From the sequence record MW845758.1: 64,000 nucleotides of DNA. One strand, given 5' to 3'. Numbering within the stretch: the stretch's first letter is position 1; each line of letters begins with the position of its first letter. The translations under genes were made by a program, and so were the position numbers. Below, in pieces: positions 43,511 to 52,264 of this stretch. A model generated the notes under the pieces. That model searched no databases and was not told where the DNA came from. It was given only the letters and a program-made list of their open reading frames with translations.

Positions 43511-43565
43511 ACCCGATGTGTTGCGGGCAAATGACACCAACTTAAAAATAAAAGAGAGTAATGCC

Positions 43566-44345
43566 ATGAAAAATATCAGTGTAGGTCAGAACCTTCAGAC
43601 GTTGAAAAAGGAAGGTAGAATTGTTGAGCAGCATAACTTCGAAGACATGAATAGCGGCATCGGCTTTGCTATGGTTAAAAAGCCGAACAGTCGAATCATT
43701 GAAGGGGTGATGTACGACAAACTGACCCACGATGTCGTGTATGTTTTCCGCAAGCCAGTCCACTGCCCGCAAAATGGCATCGGTATGGATGCTCCTGATG
43801 TTCCGCTCGCGAAAGTTCAGCCTAGTTATATTTACAGTGAGTTCTTCCGTGAAACCATCGGCGATTATTTCTTCCGCCACCATGCCGGGAATCTTACACT
43901 TATCCAAGCGGTGTGGGAAGACGATAGAAAAGAAATATTCGACATCGACCCACTGTTCTACGCAATACTCTGGGTAGGTAACATGTTGCGTAACCTCGAC
44001 AAAGAACGTTTCTCTCCTATCCGAACTAAGCTGTATCAAGGAGGGATGTTCGGTTGCGGTGGTGATAACCTGCGCTTCCACCACGACGGACAAGAGCGGA
44101 GTTGTTCACGTGTAATGGTCATGTATTTCCAAAACGTGGATACCGCCACCAAGGTACCCCCGATTATTGTGGAATATGCATTCCATCACCCTAGCCGCCC
44201 CCGCCCGGGTGGTGAGTCTGGTGTACCACACACGCTGAAGCTTTCCCGCAGGTATTATAACGGCGAGTGGCCTAACATCAAAGTCTTTATGGATGACCCG
44301 CGTAACAAACCGTACCTCGATTTGTTCTACGCTGAAAAGGCTTAA
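43566..44345 (+). CDS. Hypothetical protein, paralog of 42761
   Basis: IDPLFYAI and LSRRYYNGEWP motifs; alternative start at 43497. Confidence 0.7.
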   Translation: MKNISVGQNLQTLKKEGRIVEQHNFEDMNSGIGFAMVKKPNSRIIEGVMYDKLTHDVVYVFRKPVHCPQNGIGMDAPDVPLAKVQPSYIYSEFFRETIGDYFFRHHAGNLTLIQAVWEDDRKEIFDIDPLFYAILWVGNMLRNLDKERFSPIRTKLYQGGMFGCGGDNLRFHHDGQERSCSRVMVMYFQNVDTATKVPPIIVEYAFHHPSRPRPGGESGVPHTLKLSRRYYNGEWPNIKVFMDDPRNKPYLDLFYAEKA

Positions 44346-44351
44346 GACTGC

Positions 44352-44386
44352 AGACCACCTTCGGGTGGTCTTTTTCTTTTCTTTTT
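44352..44386 (+). terminator. Intrinsic terminator
   Basis: AGACCACC-TTCG-GGTGGTCT followed by a long T tract. Confidence 0.85.
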
Positions 44387-44407
44387 ACACCTGACTCAGG
44401 AAGTATG
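44383..44407 (+). promoter_or_regulatory. Putative TATG-type promoter of the GNAT/Dam operon
   Basis: TTTTAC-N15-TATG. Confidence 0.55.
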
Positions 44408-44439
44408 TACTACACCTTTGCTTCTCAGGAGCCTTATAC

Positions 44440-45417
44440 ATGCCCATTACTCGTATCGCGGCAGGTGTCTTAAAAACCCCAGAGTTCGAGCACCTGCAAA
44501 AGAACCCCAAGCTGTGGACACGCCTGAAACTTCATCTTAAAGATGAGGATCTGCGTTGCTACGCTTCTGTTAACGACGCTGGCGTGCCACTGGCCTACGC
44601 TGTCTGTAGCGTCACCGAAGGTACATCGTCACTTTTGTGTACCTATTTCGAAGAGCTTCATCCTTACGGGTTGTCTCGCAAGTTTTTACTGGATTTGTTG
44701 GATTACACCGGGTATGAAGTTTTACGTGTACCCGCTCCCTCAGAGCCGGTTGCGAACATCCTCAAAGGGTTTGGCTTTAAACTCACCGAGGAGATGTGGG
44801 AAGGGAGTGTTATCCCCTACCGTGACTTCCCGGTAGCAAGTAATGTTCACTCGGTCAGCGGTGATGCCTTCTATAAACTCACTAAGGACGAAGTGCAGGA
44901 CTTGCATGACCTCATCTGGCAGGCCACGATAGATGAAGTGAACTCGGATGTGCTAGAGCGTCGTCTCACCCAGCTTATTCCAAGTGGGATGGATGAAGTG
45001 CTGAACCGTACGGGTGACTACCACTACGAAGTGTTTGTGCTGCGTGAACCAGAGCTTAAGAATAAAATCATCGGCTTTGCGTATTGCCAGAAAATCGAAC
45101 CGGGTTATGTGGCCGTCGGTGGGATGGGTGTTGACCGTGGACACCGTAACAAACGTCATGGGCGCAGGCTTTTGGCGGCGGTACTGCAACACGCAGCGAA
45201 GATGGGTGATAAAATCTACGCAACCGTGTTAGCAGAGAACCACGCGTCTCGCCACCTCTTTACTGAGGTGCTCAAATTTAAACCGGTAATGTCGGTTTAT
45301 GGCTTAACGCGAAACGACGTGGACAAACCTGTAAAAGGCCATCAGCCCAAGACTAACGTCGAGTTGGCGAAAGAGCGCTTTAAACAGGCCAGAGACCTGC
45401 TGCAGGATAATGGGTAG
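44440..45417 (+). CDS. Tandem GNAT protein with an apparently intact C-terminal GNAT domain
   Basis: MGVDRGHRNKRHGRRLLAAV (motif A) and ENHASRHLF..LKF (motif B); N-terminal half is a degenerate GNAT (NILKGFGF). Confidence 0.75.
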   Translation: MPITRIAAGVLKTPEFEHLQKNPKLWTRLKLHLKDEDLRCYASVNDAGVPLAYAVCSVTEGTSSLLCTYFEELHPYGLSRKFLLDLLDYTGYEVLRVPAPSEPVANILKGFGFKLTEEMWEGSVIPYRDFPVASNVHSVSGDAFYKLTKDEVQDLHDLIWQATIDEVNSDVLERRLTQLIPSGMDEVLNRTGDYHYEVFVLREPELKNKIIGFAYCQKIEPGYVAVGGMGVDRGHRNKRHGRRLLAAVLQHAAKMGDKIYATVLAENHASRHLFTEVLKFKPVMSVYGLTRNDVDKPVKGHQPKTNVELAKERFKQARDLLQDNG

Positions 45418-45485
45418 GCCTAACTACTATAAAGGGGTGAAAGGCGTTCTGGAGAGCATACAGAGCGTCTGACGAGGTATTTCGG

Positions 45486-46307
45486 ATGAAGAAACCATTT
45501 ATTAAATGGATGGGGGGTAAAACCCGTGTAATGGAGGCGCTGAAACGCCATTTGCCTGAAGGTGACGTGTTCATTGAACCGTTCGTCGGCAGTGCATCGG
45601 TCTTTCTGAACACCGACTATCCCGAATACATTTTGGCGGATTCAAATCCCGATTTGATTCAGTTAATGCAAGTAGCAGCAACCCAACCGGAATTGTTAAT
45701 AGAGCAGGGGCGACTGTTGTTTGAGGCAGGTGGGCGAGAAGATTATCTCTCGACGCGTATCTCGTTCAACACAGCCGAAGCTGAACCGCATATCCGGGCT
45801 GCAATGTTCTTGTATTTGAACCGCCATGGTTACAACGGACTTTGTCGTTACAATGCATCTGGGGGCTATAACGTTCCATACGGTAAGCACCCCTCACCAC
45901 CTTACCTGCCGATTCGTGAGATTCGTGAATTTGCAGAGCGGGTGAGTAAAACGAAGGTGACTTTCTTGTGTGCTGACTTTCAGCATACACTGCAACTCGC
46001 ACAGCAGCAGAATAAACGTAAGGTTGTCATCTATTGTGACCCGCCTTACGTCCCTAGTAGCAAAACGTCTTCCTTCACGCAATACCACAAACGCGACTTT
46101 GGTCAGCCAGAACATCGACAACTGGCCACCGCGTTACTCGCCGCTAATAAAGAGGGTGCGAAAGTGGTACTGTCAAACTCCGATACGTTACTGACGCGCG
46201 AGATATACCACGGCTTTACCTTCTACACGGTATCAGTCGGCAGGCATATGGCAGCGAATAAAGACAAGCGTGGACGGGTGAATGAGGTGATTGCCACACT
46301 ATTCTGA
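45486..46307 (+). CDS. dam: DNA adenine methyltransferase (Dam family)
   Basis: FIKWMGGKTR, FIEPFVGSASVF, NRHGYNGLCRYN and YCDPPY. Confidence 0.95.
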   Translation: MKKPFIKWMGGKTRVMEALKRHLPEGDVFIEPFVGSASVFLNTDYPEYILADSNPDLIQLMQVAATQPELLIEQGRLLFEAGGREDYLSTRISFNTAEAEPHIRAAMFLYLNRHGYNGLCRYNASGGYNVPYGKHPSPPYLPIREIREFAERVSKTKVTFLCADFQHTLQLAQQQNKRKVVIYCDPPYVPSSKTSSFTQYHKRDFGQPEHRQLATALLAANKEGAKVVLSNSDTLLTREIYHGFTFYTVSVGRHMAANKDKRGRVNEVIATLF

Positions 46308-46317
46308 TGAGGAACCT

Positions 46318-47148
46318 ATGCGAGTATTCGATCTTCGTGATACCAGCACACACAGTGAGAGGGTTACCTTCAACGGTGCATTGACGCTAGTAGGCAGTAT
46401 CTACAACGGTGTCAAGCATTTGCTCGCAGGTAAGTATTCCGGTACTGATGTGCACATGGTGGTGGGGCGTGGTAACACGGCGCAGTTGGTGTTTACGTCT
46501 GAGCGTGATTGTCAGCGTTTATACGTCTACAGCGCAACCCAATTAACAGATGTACCTTTTACTAATTGGAAGACACTCCTGAAGCAATTGGAGTGTAAGC
46601 AGTTGGATGTCAGTTGTAGTCCTACGGATTATGAACGGCACGATGATTATCGTCGTATGGGGTTAGTGGATAAGTCGCAGCGGGTACGGTTCACGGTCGG
46701 TAAGAAAGCAGCCTTGCCGGAGATGGTGTACCTGCGGATGGATGAGCTGACCCTTAGTCAATCTGCTGAATTAGGTCGTATTGCATTGGCCCGCAGTGGC
46801 GAACTGGGGCAAGAGCTTTTAAAGGGACTGGCCTACGGGACAACCACAGGCATCGTGGTACCGAACGACAACGGGGACATCGTTGGCGCTCTTATCTTTA
46901 ATGACGGAACAAAGGAAATCCAATCGGAAGGCATCATCATCAACGCACCGTTAGGTTCTCGTGCCTTCGGTCAGTGGTTTATGTTGTTGATGAACGCATT
47001 TATTCGTGAGGCTAAGCGCTTACGGAAGCCTGCGGTCGCCTCCTTTTCACCGGGGGTAGAAATCAAGCTGCCGTTTGAGCACGTTGAGGTCGATGTCGTT
47101 TCTCTCCACTTCGGCATAGCCGGGAGGGGAACTGACCCGGCCTTCTAG
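46318..47148 (+). CDS. Degenerate tandem GNAT-fold-like protein
   Basis: DDYRRMGL (motif B-like) and NGDIVGALIF; GAGG RBS before 46318. Confidence 0.45.
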   Translation: MRVFDLRDTSTHSERVTFNGALTLVGSIYNGVKHLLAGKYSGTDVHMVVGRGNTAQLVFTSERDCQRLYVYSATQLTDVPFTNWKTLLKQLECKQLDVSCSPTDYERHDDYRRMGLVDKSQRVRFTVGKKAALPEMVYLRMDELTLSQSAELGRIALARSGELGQELLKGLAYGTTTGIVVPNDNGDIVGALIFNDGTKEIQSEGIIINAPLGSRAFGQWFMLLMNAFIREAKRLRKPAVASFSPGVEIKLPFEHVEVDVVSLHFGIAGRGTDPAF

Positions 47149-47158
47149 GAGAGACTGA

Positions 47159-47896
47159 ATGATTAATGATATCACCGAGCAGGTCCTGCGTGGCGAGGGA
47201 TTAGAACCTCAATATGCGGATATGGTCAGTGGGTGGCTTGCGCTACCTTCCGACCAGAAGACCGAAAAGCGTGTCTTCATTATCGCCAGCAGCCGTTTAA
47301 TGTTCATGTTAATCGACCGAGAGTTTTTAGTGGGGACAGTACAACACTACTTCGCACTGAATGACGAACCGGCCGACTTAACGATGTTGCCTGCGTATCT
47401 GGGGCTCAAAGAGATTCACCTGTATACGCAGCAACCTTCCCTTTACGAACGAGACGGTTGGCGATTAAGCCGGGTTATCATGACAAAACACGCTGGGTTC
47501 TCCAGCTCGTTTCCAGTCCAAGTCGAAACCGATGCGGTATTGGAGTCAGATGAGTTGTGGGATTTCTTAGCACTGATGCATGACCAAGGTCAGAATGAGG
47601 TGTTAAGAATGCTCGGCGAAGGTAGTGCGGGTCTGCACGTTTATCGTAACGGACCCGATAGGGGATTCATCATCACTAACGAAGAAGGCCCGTTAGGGTT
47701 ACTGGCGTGTGTGGCGAATGACATCCCTGCGTTTGACGCGCTGATGCAGGCCTTTGATTATAAGGCCGGTCAACGTGGTTTAGGAACCGTATCCGGCGCT
47801 ATCGGTAATCCCTTACTGGGTGTCGCTGCCGAGCAAGGCTACATTACAACACTAGCCACTGTCGTTCTGACAGACCATTTAACAGAAAAGGAGTAA
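47159..47896 (+). CDS. Degenerate tandem GNAT-fold-like protein
   Basis: LYERDGWR and AAEQGYITT are motif B-like ends in the two halves. Confidence 0.45.
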   Translation: MINDITEQVLRGEGLEPQYADMVSGWLALPSDQKTEKRVFIIASSRLMFMLIDREFLVGTVQHYFALNDEPADLTMLPAYLGLKEIHLYTQQPSLYERDGWRLSRVIMTKHAGFSSSFPVQVETDAVLESDELWDFLALMHDQGQNEVLRMLGEGSAGLHVYRNGPDRGFIITNEEGPLGLLACVANDIPAFDALMQAFDYKAGQRGLGTVSGAIGNPLLGVAAEQGYITTLATVVLTDHLTEKE

Positions 47897-47898
47897 TA

Positions 47899-48180
47899 AT
47901 GCAGATTAATCGTCGTTTGGCAAAAAACAAAGACATCGTTTATGAAATCACCGACGGTGAAGATGTCGTGTTCCATGGCGTCGTTGATGCACAAACCCGT
48001 GTGATGCACGTTGTGGTACCCGGTCCGGTTACGCGTCCGATTGAACGGGTAATGGAAAAGCTTATCGCGAAAGCTAAGCACCGGGATGGCATTGCCAAGG
48101 ACTACAAAGTCCGTGCGCACTGCGAGTTTGTCGAGAAAGACGGTGAAACGTTAATTATGTCGGTGGCTGAAACCGCGTAA
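47899..48180 (+). CDS. Small hypothetical protein
   Basis: AAGGAGTAAT RBS. Confidence 0.7.
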   Translation: MQINRRLAKNKDIVYEITDGEDVVFHGVVDAQTRVMHVVVPGPVTRPIERVMEKLIAKAKHRDGIAKDYKVRAHCEFVEKDGETLIMSVAETA

Positions 48181-48184
48181 TTGT

Positions 48185-48673
48185 ATGACCCTACAACTGT
48201 TCGAGGTTAGCATGCAGAATGTAATCGAACTTGAGCAGCTGCCCCAACATGATTTCGACCAAGGCCTCCGTGATAAAACGGATGTCACGGGCGAGGACTT
48301 CTGTTCTGCCTACAACGAAGTCATCACCGGAGAACCTTTGACCGACGAACACATGTCGCGTTTTGAGGTCACTCTGGTGGGAGCGCTGAACGAGCGTGCA
48401 GAAGCTCGGGCGATGTTACAGGAACTCGCGTTCCACGACGTCAACCCGCACGACGCACGAATGGTTTTGGAAAAGGAGATTATCCCATCGGATGAAATCC
48501 TTGATAAAATCGCAGCATTAAGAGCCAAGGTGTTGGAGCTTGTTGAAGACTATCAGCCGTCTCTGGAAGGCGAGCAGTTGTTTAACGATGCACCCGACGC
48601 TAAGGAACGTTTAGCCCGCTTTGTCATTGCGTCGTGTTTGTTAGACGATCGCGATGAGCGCGAAGGCGAATAA
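48185..48673 (+). CDS. Acidic hypothetical protein
   Basis: ORF followed by a terminator. Confidence 0.65.
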   Translation: MTLQLFEVSMQNVIELEQLPQHDFDQGLRDKTDVTGEDFCSAYNEVITGEPLTDEHMSRFEVTLVGALNERAEARAMLQELAFHDVNPHDARMVLEKEIIPSDEILDKIAALRAKVLELVEDYQPSLEGEQLFNDAPDAKERLARFVIASCLLDDRDEREGE

Positions 48674-48677
48674 GCGT

Positions 48678-48710
48678 ACCCCACTCTTCGGAGTGGGGTT
48701 TTCTTTTTTT
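48678..48710 (+). terminator. Intrinsic terminator
   Basis: ACCCCACTC-TTCG-GAGTGGGGT followed by a T tract. Confidence 0.85.
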
Positions 48711-48731
48711 ACACTTTAAGCTCTCTTTATG
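48707..48731 (+). promoter_or_regulatory. Putative TATG-type promoter
   Basis: TTTTAC-N15-TATG. Confidence 0.55.
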
Positions 48732-48762
48732 TACAACAACTAATACTACGGAGTAATAACCG

Positions 48763-49089
48763 ATGTGGTTAAGCGCTATCAATCGTGACCTGAAGAAATA
48801 CCAAAGTACCACACTGTCCGCGACCGGTGACCAAGGTCCTGCTGTGGAAGTGGGCTTAGCCTATGTGGTGGGTATGGAAGAAGGCCAATTCGTTGTCGAA
48901 GATGACGAACAAAATGAATTCCTGCTGTTCCACCCAGAAGTGGACGTGTCGGAAATCAAAGTACCGTGTGCGGTGGCGTCGTGGCAAGACCCAGCGAACG
49001 GTGAGTGGATGTGGGCGGTTGCAGAACTGTCTGGTACCGCTGCGTTCAAAATCACCGGTAAACATCACATCGAGCCGGAGCCGCATTGA
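48763..49089 (+). CDS. Small acidic hypothetical protein
   Basis: GGAGTAAT RBS; forms its own transcription unit. Confidence 0.75.
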   Translation: MWLSAINRDLKKYQSTTLSATGDQGPAVEVGLAYVVGMEEGQFVVEDDEQNEFLLFHPEVDVSEIKVPCAVASWQDPANGEWMWAVAELSGTAAFKITGKHHIEPEPH

Positions 49090-49114
49090 TTGCAGGTCGA
49101 CCACGTTAGCAGTG

Positions 49115-49152
49115 CTCCCTACCCTAACCGGTAGGGAGTCTGTATTTCATTT
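49115..49152 (+). terminator. Probable intrinsic terminator
   Basis: CTCCCTACC-CTAACC-GGTAGGGAG followed by a T-rich tail. Confidence 0.6.
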
Positions 49153-49174
49153 CAGATAGATATTATTCTCGTGA
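49153..49174 (+). promoter_or_regulatory. Putative early promoter, copy 6
   Basis: CAGATAGATATTATTCTCGTGA. Confidence 0.7.
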
Positions 49175-49203
49175 ACGTACCTTTTAATCTTTAAGGAGTA
49201 ATC

Positions 49204-49467
49204 ATGTTTACCCGCTACAACGTAAAACAAAAGCGTGCTTACGTTTTTGAGTTGGAAGAGCGCTTAGCGGCTTCTGACAAACCCCGACTGTTAAAGACCC
49301 GCACAGTGGAAATCCCACACCACTCGTACAGCAGTGTGCAGGTCGGTGACGTTCTGCTGATTCCGGTTGAGCAAGACACCGGTAGTGAAGCATGGACTAC
49401 TGCGGACTTACAACACAGTCCTCGTGCTATGCCGCGCAGTTTCCCACTCCATCGCCGAGGTGCATAA
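49204..49467 (+). CDS. Small beta-barrel-like hypothetical protein
   Basis: TAAGGAGTAAT RBS; YSSVQVGDVLLI. Confidence 0.7.
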   Translation: MFTRYNVKQKRAYVFELEERLAASDKPRLLKTRTVEIPHHSYSSVQVGDVLLIPVEQDTGSEAWTTADLQHSPRAMPRSFPLHRRGA

Positions 49468-49952
49468 TGGATTTTGCTGTCGTTAGTACCGAAACCATCG
49501 TTCGCATGAAGAAAGCCACAACCGCGGCACTCAACACCGAACGTATCATCGACAAAAACATCGCTGAGCACTGTGCTCTGCTTAACGCAGTACCGGGTGT
49601 CGCCACGCTCTGGTCTTGTGAAGGCCACAAAGCCGGCAGTCCGACCAAGCCTAACAAACCGTATCTTATCTTCGCCTGTTCGCAGGTAGGGCGTCCGTTT
49701 GTCAGTGCGCTGGTGAAGAACCTTATCGGTGACCCGATTGAGAACTACACCCAAATCACTCTGAAGATGTTGGAGTTGCCGTGGGTGGGCACACCGGGCG
49801 ATTTCCAATTGGTCACCTCGCAAGACCCGGCTGATTACTACTACGCGTGGTCTATCCAATCTATCGTGCGAACCGATGAGATGGACTTCTACCAAAGCTT
49901 GCGTGACGAATGGCTGACTGCCATCACGAAAACCATCAAACAATTTTCATAA
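49467..49952 (+). CDS. Hypothetical protein with an SCEGH motif, paralog 1
   Basis: TAATG coupling; ALLNAVPGVATLWSCEGH...PYLIF. Confidence 0.7.
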   Translation: MDFAVVSTETIVRMKKATTAALNTERIIDKNIAEHCALLNAVPGVATLWSCEGHKAGSPTKPNKPYLIFACSQVGRPFVSALVKNLIGDPIENYTQITLKMLELPWVGTPGDFQLVTSQDPADYYYAWSIQSIVRTDEMDFYQSLRDEWLTAITKTIKQFS

Positions 49953-49963
49953 GGACCGAATCG

Positions 49964-50416
49964 ATGTTTGCCAACTCCGTCGTTAGTGCTGAGACGCTAA
50001 CCTTCTTTCAGACCCGTACTTCTAAGCAGTTAGCAGAAGGTGGGGTCATCGATATACCGATGGTGCCGGTTATTGAAGCCTTCGCTCAATTGCCCTCCAT
50101 CGCTACGGTGCTCTGCTGTGCTGGCCACGTTCGGGTGGAGAACGGCAAGCGGCGGACACGTACCCCACACCACATCATGTTTGTGGTGGATGCCAACGGG
50201 TATAAAACCTTAGAGCGTTTGTATTGCCTGTGGCAAGAAACCGAACATGCGGATGCGGTGATGTTGTCTGTGTCCCGGTTACTCCACATGCGGGAGAGCG
50301 GGTTCAAAGGTTATTATCCGATTTGGAAGTTCCAGTTTACCCAACGTCCCGAGCCTGAGGTCATCGAACGGTTATGTCGGACGTGGGTGAAGATAGCGAA
50401 AACCTGTAAGGAGTAA
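49964..50416 (+). CDS. Hypothetical protein with a CCAGH motif, paralog 2
   Basis: TAAGGA RBS; AFAQLPSIATVLCCAGH...HHIMF. Confidence 0.7.
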   Translation: MFANSVVSAETLTFFQTRTSKQLAEGGVIDIPMVPVIEAFAQLPSIATVLCCAGHVRVENGKRRTRTPHHIMFVVDANGYKTLERLYCLWQETEHADAVMLSVSRLLHMRESGFKGYYPIWKFQFTQRPEPEVIERLCRTWVKIAKTCKE

Positions 50417-50418
50417 TC

Positions 50419-50829
50419 ATGGTAAGAACCGAACGTCAAGAACTGTTGCGTTGTCTCACGAGCTGGTCGTTAATCCCTGAAGAAATCAAAGGGGAGAACG
50501 GTCAGGAGTTTATGAAACACGCGCGTTTACTTTATAACTGCCAGAAGACCGGTAAAGTCGTATTCGGTCGTCGGGGCGGTTATCATATCGCCTATCAGCG
50601 TGAGCACATCGCTAACATCATTAAGATGAAGTGCGGTGAGCAGAACTGGCGGGTGAGTCGTCGTGCAGAGTTAGGTGACGAGTTCCTTAAAGAGACCTGT
50701 GAAATCTACGGGGTGCGTCCTGACGCGGTGGGTAGTCTGCGTCACACACCACAAGGTCTTGAGATTGCCATCAGTCGTGGTTCCATTAACTACTACGGCC
50801 GGGGCGTCATTCCCTATTCCAATCGCTAG
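50419..50829 (+). CDS. Hypothetical protein
   Basis: CTGTAAGGAGTAAT RBS. Confidence 0.75.
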   Translation: MVRTERQELLRCLTSWSLIPEEIKGENGQEFMKHARLLYNCQKTGKVVFGRRGGYHIAYQREHIANIIKMKCGEQNWRVSRRAELGDEFLKETCEIYGVRPDAVGSLRHTPQGLEIAISRGSINYYGRGVIPYSNR

Positions 50830-50858
50830 CCTTTGGGCTAGCTTCTTCTTTTTTATTT
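50825..50858 (+). terminator. Intrinsic terminator
   Basis: GCTAGCC-TTTG-GGCTAGC followed by a T tract. Confidence 0.75.
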
Positions 50859-50907
50859 GCTCTGTTTTTCACGTATTAGACGTTTCTAATGTAAGGAGAA
50901 TATACCC

Positions 50908-51528
50908 ATGTCAAAAGCAAAACGCACCAAGAAGTACAACCCTAAAAAGTCGATGGATGACTTAGCACTTACCGCAGCACAGAACGCCCTCAACCGTATC
51001 GCCTTTGTTGGCAGCTCTATTCGTCCTCTCGCCCCCTACGGTGGTCGCTCTTTCCAGTTAACCGCTTCCGGTAACATTCGCATCCACACGTCTGAAATCC
51101 TAACGTCCTCATTATTCGAAGAAGCCCGTGACTGGCATGCGTGGATTCTGCACCTCTACAAAAATGGAGAGGCGGTCGATGCAGAGAGCATGATTCTAAC
51201 GCTCCCTGATTACACCCTCGCAGACTTTACCGAACACGTCGACTTACTTATCAACCAAACCCGTGATGACGAGCAAGAGCATTACGGCTACGCTATCTTC
51301 GCCGCCCCTACTGATAAGTTCGACTTAAACGAAATGGATGAGGGCCTCACGGAGAACTTCATGCATTCAGGCATCCTTGACAAGTCTCAGCACTTGAATG
51401 AGGAAGAACGTAAAGTCGATAAGTCGTTGATGCTGGCTAAAATCATCGGCTACCAGTCTAAGTTCGATATCAACCGTAAGCACAAGGTCGAGGTCGAAGA
51501 GACTTTTGTTAAAGCAGAGGAAATGTAA
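50908..51528 (+). CDS. Hypothetical protein
   Basis: TGTAAGGAG RBS. Confidence 0.75.
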   Translation: MSKAKRTKKYNPKKSMDDLALTAAQNALNRIAFVGSSIRPLAPYGGRSFQLTASGNIRIHTSEILTSSLFEEARDWHAWILHLYKNGEAVDAESMILTLPDYTLADFTEHVDLLINQTRDDEQEHYGYAIFAAPTDKFDLNEMDEGLTENFMHSGILDKSQHLNEEERKVDKSLMLAKIIGYQSKFDINRKHKVEVEETFVKAEEM

Positions 51529-51830
51529 TGGCTAATGCACGCGGATTATTGCGGGGGCCGAAATTCAGTAGTCGACACCAAACGGTTATTGAAGAGGCCA
51601 AACCTTTATTGGTATTTGCAAAAGACTGCGATGTGATAAAGAAGGTTGTTTTAGGTAAAGTAAAACCGACGTCTGGAAAGGCGTCAAGTTTGAAGTTTAC
51701 GTTACAAGACACCTCAGTCATGGTGGAAGTGATTTCCCCACGCCAATGGCAGGTGTTCTATTTCCTCGGCAACCCGCCTGAGGTACTCGACATCTTACAA
51801 CAGCAGTACCCGCAAGGAGTAATCGCATGA
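51528..51830 (+). CDS. DUF2103-like small protein
   Basis: HQTVIEE...IKKVVLGKV...QVFY resembles the recalled DUF2103 pattern. Confidence 0.45.
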   Translation: MANARGLLRGPKFSSRHQTVIEEAKPLLVFAKDCDVIKKVVLGKVKPTSGKASSLKFTLQDTSVMVEVISPRQWQVFYFLGNPPEVLDILQQQYPQGVIA

Positions 51831-52264
51831 GACTCAAAGTTACTAAGATTGTTCGTGATCCTATCTACAGCGTCGCTGGTACGTTAATGGACAGGCCGCG
51901 TTCGGACTTCGCTGACCCTGAGAACATCGAAAAGTGTTTTCCGCGTATCCGCAGCGGGTACAACTACTGCGAGTACGGGTCACCGGATCTCACTGGACTT
52001 TCTCCAACCGATCGGATTCTTCGCCTAAAGACCATCTCGATGGCTAACGTCTGCGGTGTTATCGTTGGGGCGATGGTCACGGTAACAAAAGAACGGGTGC
52101 AGGTCGTCGGCGAGTTTCGCCCGTATGGCGCTTACGCCGCCATCGCGACGGATTCGATGCACACGCTGCCTGAGCTTGCACTCGGCGCACGATTCGTTCT
52201 TGACGGGGAAGGTAAGATCCTCACCGTCGAAGCATGGGATCTTGTTGTGGAGTTAGCCGAATGA
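51827..52264 (+). CDS. Prohead-protease (T4 gp21/phiKZ gp175-fold) paralog, apparently lacking catalytic His and Ser
   Basis: CEYGSP, NVCGVI, GEFRPYG, LGAR and WDLV align with the GE(Y/L)GHP, (F/V)SxR and WDxV motifs of that family. Confidence 0.55.
   Translation: MRLKVTKIVRDPIYSVAGTLMDRPRSDFADPENIEKCFPRIRSGYNYCEYGSPDLTGLSPTDRILRLKTISMANVCGVIVGAMVTVTKERVQVVGEFRPYGAYAAIATDSMHTLPELALGARFVLDGEGKILTVEAWDLVVELAE

Noticed and set aside
49239-49943. 234-aa minus-strand ORF and other antisense ORFs in the accessory region
   Set aside because: They overlap plus-strand genes with strong RBSs and have no minus-strand expression signals.
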